Origin: Candidatus Obscuribacterales bacterium
GTDB lineage: Bacteria; Cyanobacteriota; Vampirovibrionia; Obscuribacterales; Obscuribacteraceae
Length of the DNA: 64,000 nucleotides
Assembly: GCA_965228855.1 (NCBI GenBank)
Contig: CBDDIJ010000003.1
Coordinates: 640,001-704,000 of the forward strand
Direction: 5' to 3'
In this document: positions 47,134 through 55,208 of the stretch, piece by piece
Layout of the letters: every line of letters starts with the position of its first letter
How positions within the stretch are numbered: position 1 is the stretch's first letter
Notes under the pieces: model-generated
Database searches by the model: none
Told to the model about the DNA's origin: nothing
Seen by the model: the letters and a program-made list of their open reading frames with translations, nothing else
Program-made: the position numbers and the translations under genes

Positions 47134-48858
47134 ATGAGATACACCTGTGTAGCTTTTGATTACGATGGAACGTTAGCCTCTGATGGACGTGTCCCTGAAG
47201 ATGTGCTTCTCGCTCTTTCGAAGGTCAGGCAGACTGGTCGCGTTCTCGTACTTGTTACGGGACGAAGGTTGAACGAACTTTTAAAGATATTCTCGCACGT
47301 CACAATCTTTGACCTCATAATTTGCGAGAATGGCGCAGTCCTCTACGACCCGGTTACAAAAGCGGTCAAGTTGCTGGCTGAACCTCCAGGTCTAGAGTTC
47401 ATAAATAATCTGAGAGTTCGAGGAATCGACAATCTTGAAATCGGGCAAGTCGTCGTCGCGACGTGGCATCCGCACGAAACCATCGCCATTGAAGTGATAC
47501 AAGAGATGGGTCTGGATTTGCACATCACCTTTAACAAAGGTGCGGTGATGATTTTGCCTCCGGAAATTAACAAGGGAAGCGGTTTGCGCGCCGCACTTGG
47601 CGAATTGAATATCTCTTCGCATAACACATTAAGTATTGGAGACGCCGAGAATGATCTGGCCATGTTTGCGGCTAGCGAGTGTTCGGCGGCCGTCGCAAAT
47701 GCTTTGCCGAACGTCAAATCACATGCGTCGATCACCACTCGAGCAGACCATGGTCAAGGAGTGATCGAACTTTTAAACAGGCTGCTCGAGACTGACCTGA
47801 TTGAATGCGAGCAAGTTGTGCGCCAGCACCAAATTGGACTTGGTACTACTGATGATGGCAAGATGCTTGAGTTTAACGCATACAATTGCAGCATTCTAAT
47901 TGCCGGGCCGTCTAAGAGCGGAAAGTCGACCATCGCAATGTCTTTGCTTGAGAATATTGCGGCATGCGGATACCAGTACTGCGTAATCGATCCGGAAGGC
48001 GAGTATCATAGAGCTCCCAAAGCTGTTTTAATTGGTAATCAGCATTACGCACCGGACGTAAGCGACATAGTTCACGCTCTCGATAATCCGGCCGACAACG
48101 TTGTTGTAAATCTGCTGAGTGTCGACCTGAATGAACGTCCTGCATTCCTGGGCCGGCTAGTTTGCGCGTTGCAGGATATGCGCAGAACGCGCGGTCGGCC
48201 TCACTGGATTGTCGTCGACGAAGCACATCATATGCTCCATCCTTATTGGGATGAAACTTTGGAACCTGAGTGGAGCGAGCTTGGGTCGATTGTTCTAATT
48301 ACGGTAGACCCTGCTGAAATTTCCGGAAAAGTTCTGAGCGAAATCGATTTGGTCCTGGCGGTTGGACGCGACAGTCACAAAACATTCAAATCCTTCGCTG
48401 ACCATATTGGCCAACGTGCGCCTGAAGAGACCAAGGAGATTCCTGGATGGGGAACGGCAGTAGCCTGGTTTCGACATGAGCATATGCTCCCCGTGCGGAT
48501 GAGCATCGGCGTAACGCCGGTTGAACATCAGCGGCATATGCGAAAGTACGCTGCTGGTGACGTCGGAAGCCAGCGGAGCTTCTATTTTACTGGTCCTGAG
48601 AATCGGTTCAAAATTCGATGCCAGAATCTTTTTCTTTTTTTGCAAATATCTGATGGACTCGATGACTCGACCTGGAATTTTCATTTGAGACGAGGTGACT
48701 TTTCGAACTGGTTCAGAGATATAATTCGCGACCCAAGTCTTGCAAGCGAGACATGGCAACTGGAGAGAAACAACTCGCTGTCTGCTTTCGAGACGCGGCA
48801 AAGAATCAGAAAACTCATTGAACAGCGATATTCTCCGCCCACGAAACTATTAGGTTGA
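47134..48858 (+). CDS. HAD-IIB phosphatase fused to a P-loop ATPase
   Basis: DYDGTL, NKG, GDAEND; GPSKSGKS, IDPEGEY and VVDEAH. Confidence 0.85.
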   Translation: MRYTCVAFDYDGTLASDGRVPEDVLLALSKVRQTGRVLVLVTGRRLNELLKIFSHVTIFDLIICENGAVLYDPVTKAVKLLAEPPGLEFINNLRVRGIDNLEIGQVVVATWHPHETIAIEVIQEMGLDLHITFNKGAVMILPPEINKGSGLRAALGELNISSHNTLSIGDAENDLAMFAASECSAAVANALPNVKSHASITTRADHGQGVIELLNRLLETDLIECEQVVRQHQIGLGTTDDGKMLEFNAYNCSILIAGPSKSGKSTIAMSLLENIAACGYQYCVIDPEGEYHRAPKAVLIGNQHYAPDVSDIVHALDNPADNVVVNLLSVDLNERPAFLGRLVCALQDMRRTRGRPHWIVVDEAHHMLHPYWDETLEPEWSELGSIVLITVDPAEISGKVLSEIDLVLAVGRDSHKTFKSFADHIGQRAPEETKEIPGWGTAVAWFRHEHMLPVRMSIGVTPVEHQRHMRKYAAGDVGSQRSFYFTGPENRFKIRCQNLFLFLQISDGLDDSTWNFHLRRGDFSNWFRDIIRDPSLASETWQLERNNSLSAFETRQRIRKLIEQRYSPPTKLLG

Positions 48859-48974
48859 AATTTGTCCGGTATGAGGAGAGTGTATGCCATCAATCATCCC
48901 TTAGATAGATGTCGACTCTTAATTAGCCAGTCAGAATAAACCGATAGCTACACCTTCTTTCAGGAGATCGAAAG

Positions 48975-49442
48975 ATGCTTTCCAGAGTGATCATCGCTAT
49001 AGAGGACACGAAGTTCGCACAAGCAATCGAGAAACAACTATGTCAAATAAAATGGTCCGACTCGACTGTTTTTAGAGTGGTACATGTCATCGAACCTAGC
49101 GATACGCTGTTGGCCTGGCCTAGCGAGGAATTGCGTGCTGAAGCGATGGTTCTTCTTGATAGCATCGCGAGCAATTTACGAAGACTCTTCCCGAACGCCC
49201 ATGTTGAAGAAGTTGTTTTGAACGGTCATGCAGGTGAGGCTATCATTGAAGATGCCGTAAGCTGGAAGGCCGATCTTATCGTAGCCGGTTCGCATGGCAA
49301 GCGCGGCGTACGGCGGTTTATGTTGGGAAGTGTTGCTGCTGCGATCTCCAACAATTCTCCCTGCTCCGTGTTGATCATCAGACCTGAATGTGAAACGAGA
49401 AAAGAGGAACAGCTAGCCCTTTCGGAAGGCGCTTCTGTTTAA
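48975..49442 (+). CDS. Universal stress protein
   Basis: ADLIVAGSHGKRGVRRFMLGSVA...PCSVLII. Confidence 0.93.
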   Translation: MLSRVIIAIEDTKFAQAIEKQLCQIKWSDSTVFRVVHVIEPSDTLLAWPSEELRAEAMVLLDSIASNLRRLFPNAHVEEVVLNGHAGEAIIEDAVSWKADLIVAGSHGKRGVRRFMLGSVAAAISNNSPCSVLIIRPECETRKEEQLALSEGASV

Positions 49443-49511
49443 AAAGCTCGTATTTTTCAAAGCAGGAAGCGAGTATTACTGAGTGAAATTCAACGAATTG
49501 AGGAGTGAATC

Positions 49512-50414
49512 ATGAGTTTTGAGAACATTTTGGTAGCGATCGATGGCTCGAAAAATAGTCAGATCGCCGCCGAATACGGTTTTTGGATCGCTAATAAACT
49601 GGATGCCTCCATTACTGGACAGCATGTTGTCGATCCTCGACTCGTTGATCTGTTCATCGAGCCAGAATTCGCAGAAGAGCTTGGCATGGATGTTTCCGTA
49701 GATACTTCTGAACGAGTTTGTAAGGCACTCAAGAAAATTGGTAAAGTGATTCTCGATCGGTTTGAAACTGAAGCAAAGCATCGTAACTTTGATGTGAAAG
49801 TTAATCTAAGTGAAGGTTACATAGTCGAGGAGATATTGAGATACTCTCAACAGTTCGACCTGTTGGTAGTTGGGCACAGAGGAAGAGGAGAAAGAGAGCT
49901 TCCTGCACATGCGCTACTCGGCTCAGTCGCTGAGAGAATTGTACTCGGCTCACACTTGCCTGTTCTGATCGCTGTTCAACCAATCGATAGGATTGAGGAA
50001 ATCCTGGTCGCGTTCGATGGTAGTGAGGCGGCCAAGGGTGCTTTGCTGATGGCTGAAAATTTTGCCAAGAATGTCAATTTAAAACTCAAAGCTGTTGTTG
50101 TCTGTGATGATGATACCGATAGTGGTGCAAGAGCTATAGCGGAGCAGGGTGAGAAGTGTCTTCGTGAATATTGGTCGCAGGATGTTTTTAGCATTCAAAA
50201 AGGCGATGTTCATCAAATTTTGTTGGAACGCTCTGAGTCTAACAACAGTTTGCTGGTCCTGGGTGCCTACGGTTTCACAAGTCCAGCGCAGAACGTTCTG
50301 GGGCGTACTACGACTTCAGTGATTCGGCAGACTCAGAAAAGCGTTCTGGTCTACAGACCCGCTCACCAGGCCAAGACGCAGAAGCCGACACATTCAAAAG
50401 CCGCCGTAAAATAG
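49512..50414 (+). CDS. Tandem-domain universal stress protein
   Basis: ILVAIDGS...LLGSVAE; ILVAFDGS...LGAYG. Confidence 0.92.
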   Translation: MSFENILVAIDGSKNSQIAAEYGFWIANKLDASITGQHVVDPRLVDLFIEPEFAEELGMDVSVDTSERVCKALKKIGKVILDRFETEAKHRNFDVKVNLSEGYIVEEILRYSQQFDLLVVGHRGRGERELPAHALLGSVAERIVLGSHLPVLIAVQPIDRIEEILVAFDGSEAAKGALLMAENFAKNVNLKLKAVVVCDDDTDSGARAIAEQGEKCLREYWSQDVFSIQKGDVHQILLERSESNNSLLVLGAYGFTSPAQNVLGRTTTSVIRQTQKSVLVYRPAHQAKTQKPTHSKAAVK

Positions 50415-50445
50415 GCGGGTGACAGGCTGCATTTATATAAGAGCA

Positions 50446-50478
50446 AATGTGGACCGGTCAAGGTAACCGGTCCACATT
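50446..50478. terminator. Hairpin between convergent genes
   Basis: Perfect 13-bp stem AATGTGGACCGGT/ACCGGTCCACATT. Confidence 0.75.
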
Positions 50479-50513
50479 GAAGTCGCTGTTGTCCAGCCCG
50501 TTAGAAGCTGTTT

Positions 50514-50759
50514 TTACTTGGACTCCTCAGCCATTAGCAACTCTTCATTGATAAGTTCACTTTCTGCCGCGAGCCAATCGTCCACATCATAGCCGTGAGT
50601 GCATCCGCGACTTTCCCATAGGGTGAAGGCTCTGATCGATATGAGCTGTTCTCTTTCAAAGGTGTGATGCTGCGGGGGATGTTTCGGTCTTTCCTTTGCG
50701 ATATCGGATGCTTTGTTTTCTCCAGCTTGGTTATTTTTGTTTCTCGTGGTGGTTTTCAT
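50514..50759 (-). CDS. DUF2934-like small protein
   Basis: ISIRAFTLWESRG...G...DWLAAESEL. Confidence 0.85.
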   Translation of the reverse strand: MKTTTRNKNNQAGENKASDIAKERPKHPPQHHTFEREQLISIRAFTLWESRGCTHGYDVDDWLAAESELINEELLMAEESK

Positions 50760-50798
50760 AACATATCACTCCAAACCCTTTCCTCATTTTGTCTTCGA

Positions 50799-50838
50799 AA
50801 AACAGAACTGGGGCATGAGTTTCCCCTGCCCCAGTTCT
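50799..50838 (-). terminator. Terminator of hsp20
   Basis: AGAACTGGGGCA/TGCCCCAGTTCT stem with a T-run on the minus strand. Confidence 0.75.
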
Positions 50839-50845
50839 ATCAGGT

Positions 50846-51340
50846 TTAGCCAGCCTTGATATTTATTTGCTTTTCGTTCTTAATTGAGTCTTTTGATTTT
50901 GGAAGAGTCACGGTGAGCACTCCGTCTTTGTATATTGCGTCAACCGCGCTTTGCTCAACTTCGCATGGGAGCGGAATTGCTCTGTAGAATGACCCGTAGC
51001 TGCGTTCCATTCGATAATATCCTTTTTCCTTTTCTTCCTTTTCAACTTTCTTTTCACCCTTCAACACGAGGGTTTCACCGTTCAATGAGATGTTAATGTC
51101 CTTCATCTCAACGCCGGGGAGTTCTGCGCTGACAACGATGTCTTTGTCGTTGTCTTTCATATCGACTTTCGCGTGAAAGTCCCCAAGCTGTTCAAACACT
51201 GACGGGTGGATATTCCATCCGCCACGAAGTTCGTCAAACAATTTGTTCATCTCGTGCTGCAGTGATGCGAAGGGCGCCAAAAGCTCTCTTCGAGCAGGGG
51301 TCTTCTTCGTCTCTTCTTTCGTAGGTAGCATCGATTTCAT
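50846..51340 (-). CDS. Hsp20/alpha-crystallin small heat-shock protein
   Basis: AELPG, ERSYGSFYR and YKDGVLTVTLPK motifs. Confidence 0.95.
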   Translation of the reverse strand: MKSMLPTKEETKKTPARRELLAPFASLQHEMNKLFDELRGGWNIHPSVFEQLGDFHAKVDMKDNDKDIVVSAELPGVEMKDINISLNGETLVLKGEKKVEKEEKEKGYYRMERSYGSFYRAIPLPCEVEQSAVDAIYKDGVLTVTLPKSKDSIKNEKQINIKAG

Positions 51341-51445
51341 AACTCTCTTCCTCAAAAAACTATTTTGTATGCGTAAACTTTGCGTAGCGACCGAGTTGCC
51401 ATCGCCACTGAAAACTATTTTCCGACAGCCGCTTCAATATGGCCA

Positions 51446-51484
51446 TCTGCTGAAAGGATGATCTATCGACTTCTCAGAGGATGA
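51446..51484. promoter_or_regulatory. Tandem degenerate boxes
   Basis: TCTGCT-GAAA-GGATGA and ACTTCT-CAGA-GGATGA, 23 bp apart. Confidence 0.6.
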
Positions 51485-51660
51485 GTCTGCGATGACCGTG
51501 ATAGAGGGCTCGAACGTTTTCTTATTCAGAGGTGCTGGTGACCCGAAAGTGAGTACTTGCTGATCTGGATGCAAAGCATAAATTCATTCTTTCGACTGAG
51601 TAAATTTCATTCTCAGAGTCAATGTGGACGTTCTAAAAATTTTACAAAATAGAAATACAA

Positions 51661-52344
51661 GTGGAGGGAATTAGGATGATTGGAGATTACGGCGTTAGCG
51701 CCCCGATTCGTGAAAACGTTATGTTGTCGCTTGATGAGGCTGGTCTTGAAGGCGACCTCTCGATTCCTCGCGATGCCGTCGGCATAGTCTTGTTTGTCAA
51801 TGCAACCGCATCTAGTGGCGCAACCGCGCACCACCGCATGATGGTCGAAGAGTTGAATAGATTTGGAATTGCGACCCTTTCCCTGGACCTGTTGACGCCA
51901 GAGGAGGAAGAGAGCAACGGCTCTAAATGGAGATTCGATATTGATTTCCTCGCTCGTCGGGTGGAGGAGGCTGCTCGGTGGCTTCGCGAGTATCCTGACA
52001 CGCAGAAATTAAAGCTCGGGCTATTAGGTGCTAATACAGCAGCTGCCGCAGTCCTGGTTGCGGCGTCGGAGTTGCCACGGCAAGTAAGAGCTAATGTCGT
52101 CTATAGCGGCAGAACAGACTTGGCTGGAGATGCGCTTCCAAATGTTCAGGCTCCGACCCTGTTTGTTGTTGGAAACTCAGACCGAGAGAACGTTGAATTA
52201 AACAGACGCGCTGCTGAACAGTTGAAATGTGAACATCATACGGAGAAAGTTCCTGGAGCAACTCATACATTTTTAGAGGAAGGAACTTTTGAGCGTGCTT
52301 CTGAATTGACGAGACAGTGGTTCGATTGGTACCTGACTAGGTAG
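51661..52344 (+). CDS. Dienelactone-hydrolase-like protein, probably catalytically inactive
   Basis: Paralogue of 36545-37213, but with GANTAAA in place of GASTGAA. Confidence 0.82.
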   Translation: MEGIRMIGDYGVSAPIRENVMLSLDEAGLEGDLSIPRDAVGIVLFVNATASSGATAHHRMMVEELNRFGIATLSLDLLTPEEEESNGSKWRFDIDFLARRVEEAARWLREYPDTQKLKLGLLGANTAAAAVLVAASELPRQVRANVVYSGRTDLAGDALPNVQAPTLFVVGNSDRENVELNRRAAEQLKCEHHTEKVPGATHTFLEEGTFERASELTRQWFDWYLTR

Positions 52345-52349
52345 CCGGC

Positions 52350-53600
52350 GTGAGAGTGCGAGATGTCGCATTGGAGAATGAGATGCCTCGAAAGTACATT
52401 TCTCCTCAAAATACAAAGGCGATTATCGATGTCGCAAAGAATGGCTGGCCGCTTTGGATGAAACTAAAAGGCCTGGACGTGGAAGTTGTCGGATCCGGTT
52501 TGCAACGATATGAAGAAGTTCGTGACTCGCGACTGATGATCTGTCCGAATCATCCGTGCGAAACTGATGCAGAAGTTTTGTTCGGCCTTTCTAGAATGGT
52601 GCATGATGAGTTTTGCTTTCTGACGGCCCACGAAATTTTCCACGGTTCGCGCGGTTTGAACCGCGAGTTGCTTCCACGTCTTGGGTGTTATTCCGTGGAG
52701 CGAGGAACCAAAGACGTCGCAGCATTTAAGACCACTCGAGATATTCTTATTTCCAACCATCACAAAATTGTGGGATTTCCGGAAGGAGAAATCTCACACT
52801 TGAACGATGTCGTAATGCCGCTTGAGAGAGGATTGATCCAGATGGGTTTTTCCGCCATGGACAAATTGCAATCTGAGGTCGAGCGTCGTTCGGTAAAGAT
52901 TTTGCCGGTTGCCCTCAAATACTATCTGAGTTCGGATGTTACCAAACAGATTTCGCAAACCCTCGAGCAGATTGAGGGTGAGTTCGAGCTATGTAAGATT
53001 GGGAACGCATCTCTTGCCGAGCGAGCTAAGCGGGCTATGCTCTCTGCTATAGGCCGCCTGGAGATCCGATTTGGCATTTCTGTGATTCCCGGTACCAGTC
53101 TCGACATCAGGATGGTCAATCTCAGGTGGGCGATTTTAGAACGAGTTGCGGATAGGCTCGGCGTCTGCTGTCCGCGATTTGAACGACAAGTCGATTGTGC
53201 ACATATGTTGCAGTCTCTTTTGTGCGACATTCATTTTCATGGTTCCGCCGCATCCGCAGCGCTCGGTGCCGTCGAAGTCCGTTGTTTATATCGAGATCTT
53301 GTAACGGTTATCGATTTAATTGCTCTGGAAGATAGTTTTGTTGGCAAAGCATTCGAGACGGTAAGTGACGAGCAAATCTGGGATATCATCCGTATTTTGA
53401 GACTGATTACCTTCAGGAAGCGAATCAGACCAAGGAAACAAACAGTTCTAGTCATGCTTGGTGAGCCAATCGTGCTTAACGAGTTTTACGCTCTTTACCA
53501 GTCGTCGAGAGCGTCTGCAGTGTCTGAGGCTGTTACACAGCTATCGAACCAATTGGTCGGTATGTTGAAAGAATTGGATAACGTGTTTAGATCCAGATGA
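52350..53600 (+). CDS. PlsC-family phospholipid/glycerol acyltransferase
   Basis: PNHPCETD (HX4D), YSVERG, FPEG and ILPVAL motifs. Confidence 0.85.
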   Translation: MRVRDVALENEMPRKYISPQNTKAIIDVAKNGWPLWMKLKGLDVEVVGSGLQRYEEVRDSRLMICPNHPCETDAEVLFGLSRMVHDEFCFLTAHEIFHGSRGLNRELLPRLGCYSVERGTKDVAAFKTTRDILISNHHKIVGFPEGEISHLNDVVMPLERGLIQMGFSAMDKLQSEVERRSVKILPVALKYYLSSDVTKQISQTLEQIEGEFELCKIGNASLAERAKRAMLSAIGRLEIRFGISVIPGTSLDIRMVNLRWAILERVADRLGVCCPRFERQVDCAHMLQSLLCDIHFHGSAASAALGAVEVRCLYRDLVTVIDLIALEDSFVGKAFETVSDEQIWDIIRILRLITFRKRIRPRKQTVLVMLGEPIVLNEFYALYQSSRASAVSEAVTQLSNQLVGMLKELDNVFRSR

Positions 53601-53720
53601 TGTGCTTTTGGTGCATAGGCGGAATCGTTTATGACGACTCAAGCGCACTTTGGACTCGCTCTCTCAGGTGCTGAAGCTGAGTGAACTGACTTTGATTTCT
53701 TTCGTTCAAAGGGCACGTAA

Positions 53721-54389
53721 TCAATTTCTGTCTGATTCCAGATATGGTTCGGTGATGACTTCGCCGACGTGAAAATGGAGAGGTTCATGTTCTTGAAAGT
53801 GTCTTTTGACTTCATGGTGTCTTATGATTGCACCGTCTCCGAGGGCACGTGCAATTCTGATATCTCGCTCGTTTCCGAATATTAACTCAGCAAAATCATT
53901 GCCACCAAAAGTGGTGTGTTCCGAAACGGCGAACTCGAGAACAAGGTGAGCTTTCAATTTCAGGTTGATATACCAGTGTCGGTGAATTGTTTCTTTGATA
54001 CGTTGACAGATTTTGCCGGCAAGGTTTTCGTCTGCATCCAGGAGGAGAACGGCAAACCTGGTTTTCCCAGATCTGACCACTATGTTTCCGTTTTCCAATG
54101 CCTTTGCGATGACAAGGTCCAGGTTCGCGCATGCTTTTTTAAGCTGTCTCTTGCTGACGTTTTCGGTTCCGGTCGCAACCTCTACTAAAATGATTGAGAT
54201 CGGCAGTTTAAATATCGAGTTTGGATATTTACTCAGAGCTTCCAGAAACACGTCCAGAACCTGTTCCGGCCCAGAGCAATAGACTCGGCCAGTCTGGTCA
54301 AGGCGCGTAAGTTTGACGTGGTTGATTACGTTGTCGTGTATTTGACTGGCCAAGCTTTCCTGGCGATGTTGTAGCGGATTCTGTTCCAT
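53721..54389 (-). CDS. Degenerate GGDEF-like domain protein
   Basis: DQTG, RSGKTRFAVLL at the GGDEF position, and a terminal ARALG. Confidence 0.55.
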   Translation of the reverse strand: MEQNPLQHRQESLASQIHDNVINHVKLTRLDQTGRVYCSGPEQVLDVFLEALSKYPNSIFKLPISIILVEVATGTENVSKRQLKKACANLDLVIAKALENGNIVVRSGKTRFAVLLLDADENLAGKICQRIKETIHRHWYINLKLKAHLVLEFAVSEHTTFGGNDFAELIFGNERDIRIARALGDGAIIRHHEVKRHFQEHEPLHFHVGEVITEPYLESDRN

Positions 54390-54464
54390 AATTAAGTCCC
54401 ACGCTGTTATGAAGGTATTCAGTGGTACCTGCTTCTATCTTGATGCGGAGCGTGAGTCTTCACA

Positions 54465-54563
54465 TCAACCAACCTACTGAAGAGCCCTCACCGAAGTGGG
54501 TGATTTCCGTGGTTGTTGTGAGGTCAACCTTTAGGTTGATTGAAAGATCATCCTCTTTAGTCA
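54465..54563. promoter_or_regulatory. Four boxes in a divergent promoter
   Basis: TCAACC-AACC-TACTGA (54465), TCACCG-AAGT-GGGTGA (54488), palindromic TCAACC-TTTA-GGTTGA (54524) and a TCATCC half-site (54548). The outer sites are each 22 nt from CAAGAT(-) and GAAGAT(+). Confidence 0.65.
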
Positions 54564-54602
54564 TGTCTGAATAGTTCAAAGGCGAGAAGATTAAGGTAGT
54601 AA

Positions 54603-55043
54603 ATGGAGGAAGTGCTTGTGAGTTTCACCGTGCAGACCGTCTTTCGAAATATGGATCGGTCAGAGTGGATTGAACTGTTAGTCAGTAAGTATGCTGAGAA
54701 GTTGGAGTCGCTCTGTGACCGAATTTTGAGCTGCAAAGTTACAATCGATGTTCCTCGCAAACATCAAGGGAAAGAGAATTTTCAAGTACGCGTGGACGTT
54801 TGTGTTCCCGGCTCCGAGATTGTCGTGAATGGACACGATGTGATCACTGATGCGAATATCAATAGAGCGCTTAGAGAGGCGTTCGAAAGTACAAGACGCC
54901 AATTGCGCGACTATATGCACATCAAGAGGGGTGATGTGAAGACGCACCAATTCAGTGAACCCGCTGCTCCGAGCGATAGCGAGACTGAAGAAGATGATTT
55001 TGAGGTCCCGGAGCTGGAAGCGCCCCTTGCGCTAGAGGCTTGA
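54603..55043 (+). CDS. Ribosome hibernation factor HPF/RaiA family
   Basis: VQTVFRNMDRS...KLE...ILSCKVTI...VPGSEIVV...ALREAF...RRQL. Confidence 0.85.
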   Translation: MEEVLVSFTVQTVFRNMDRSEWIELLVSKYAEKLESLCDRILSCKVTIDVPRKHQGKENFQVRVDVCVPGSEIVVNGHDVITDANINRALREAFESTRRQLRDYMHIKRGDVKTHQFSEPAAPSDSETEEDDFEVPELEAPLALEA

Positions 55044-55076
55044 AATCTGCGTTTTTCGCGAAAGTTTAACTCCCCC

Positions 55077-55108
55077 ACCGGCGCAGGCATTTCGTTTGCG
55101 CCGGTTTT
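55077..55108 (+). terminator. Intrinsic terminator
   Basis: ACCGGCGCA/TGCGCCGGT stem followed by TTT. Confidence 0.65.
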
Positions 55109-55208
55109 GCGTGATTAAGGTACTCCCTGCAAAATCCGTGTAAGCTTCTATGTCGGATTTCGGTGTCTCGGAATCCGGTGCACGTATTTGTGGTTTGGGA
55201 GAATTCGC

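Noticed and set aside
54524..54545. FNR/CRP box as the regulon motif
   Set aside because: TTGAT occurs here, but not as TTGAT-N4-ATCAA; the site fits the TCATCC-N4-GGATGA family instead.
1..55108. Island as a mobile element
   Set aside because: I saw no integrase, transposase, tRNA or flanking direct repeats; the left boundary is outside the window.
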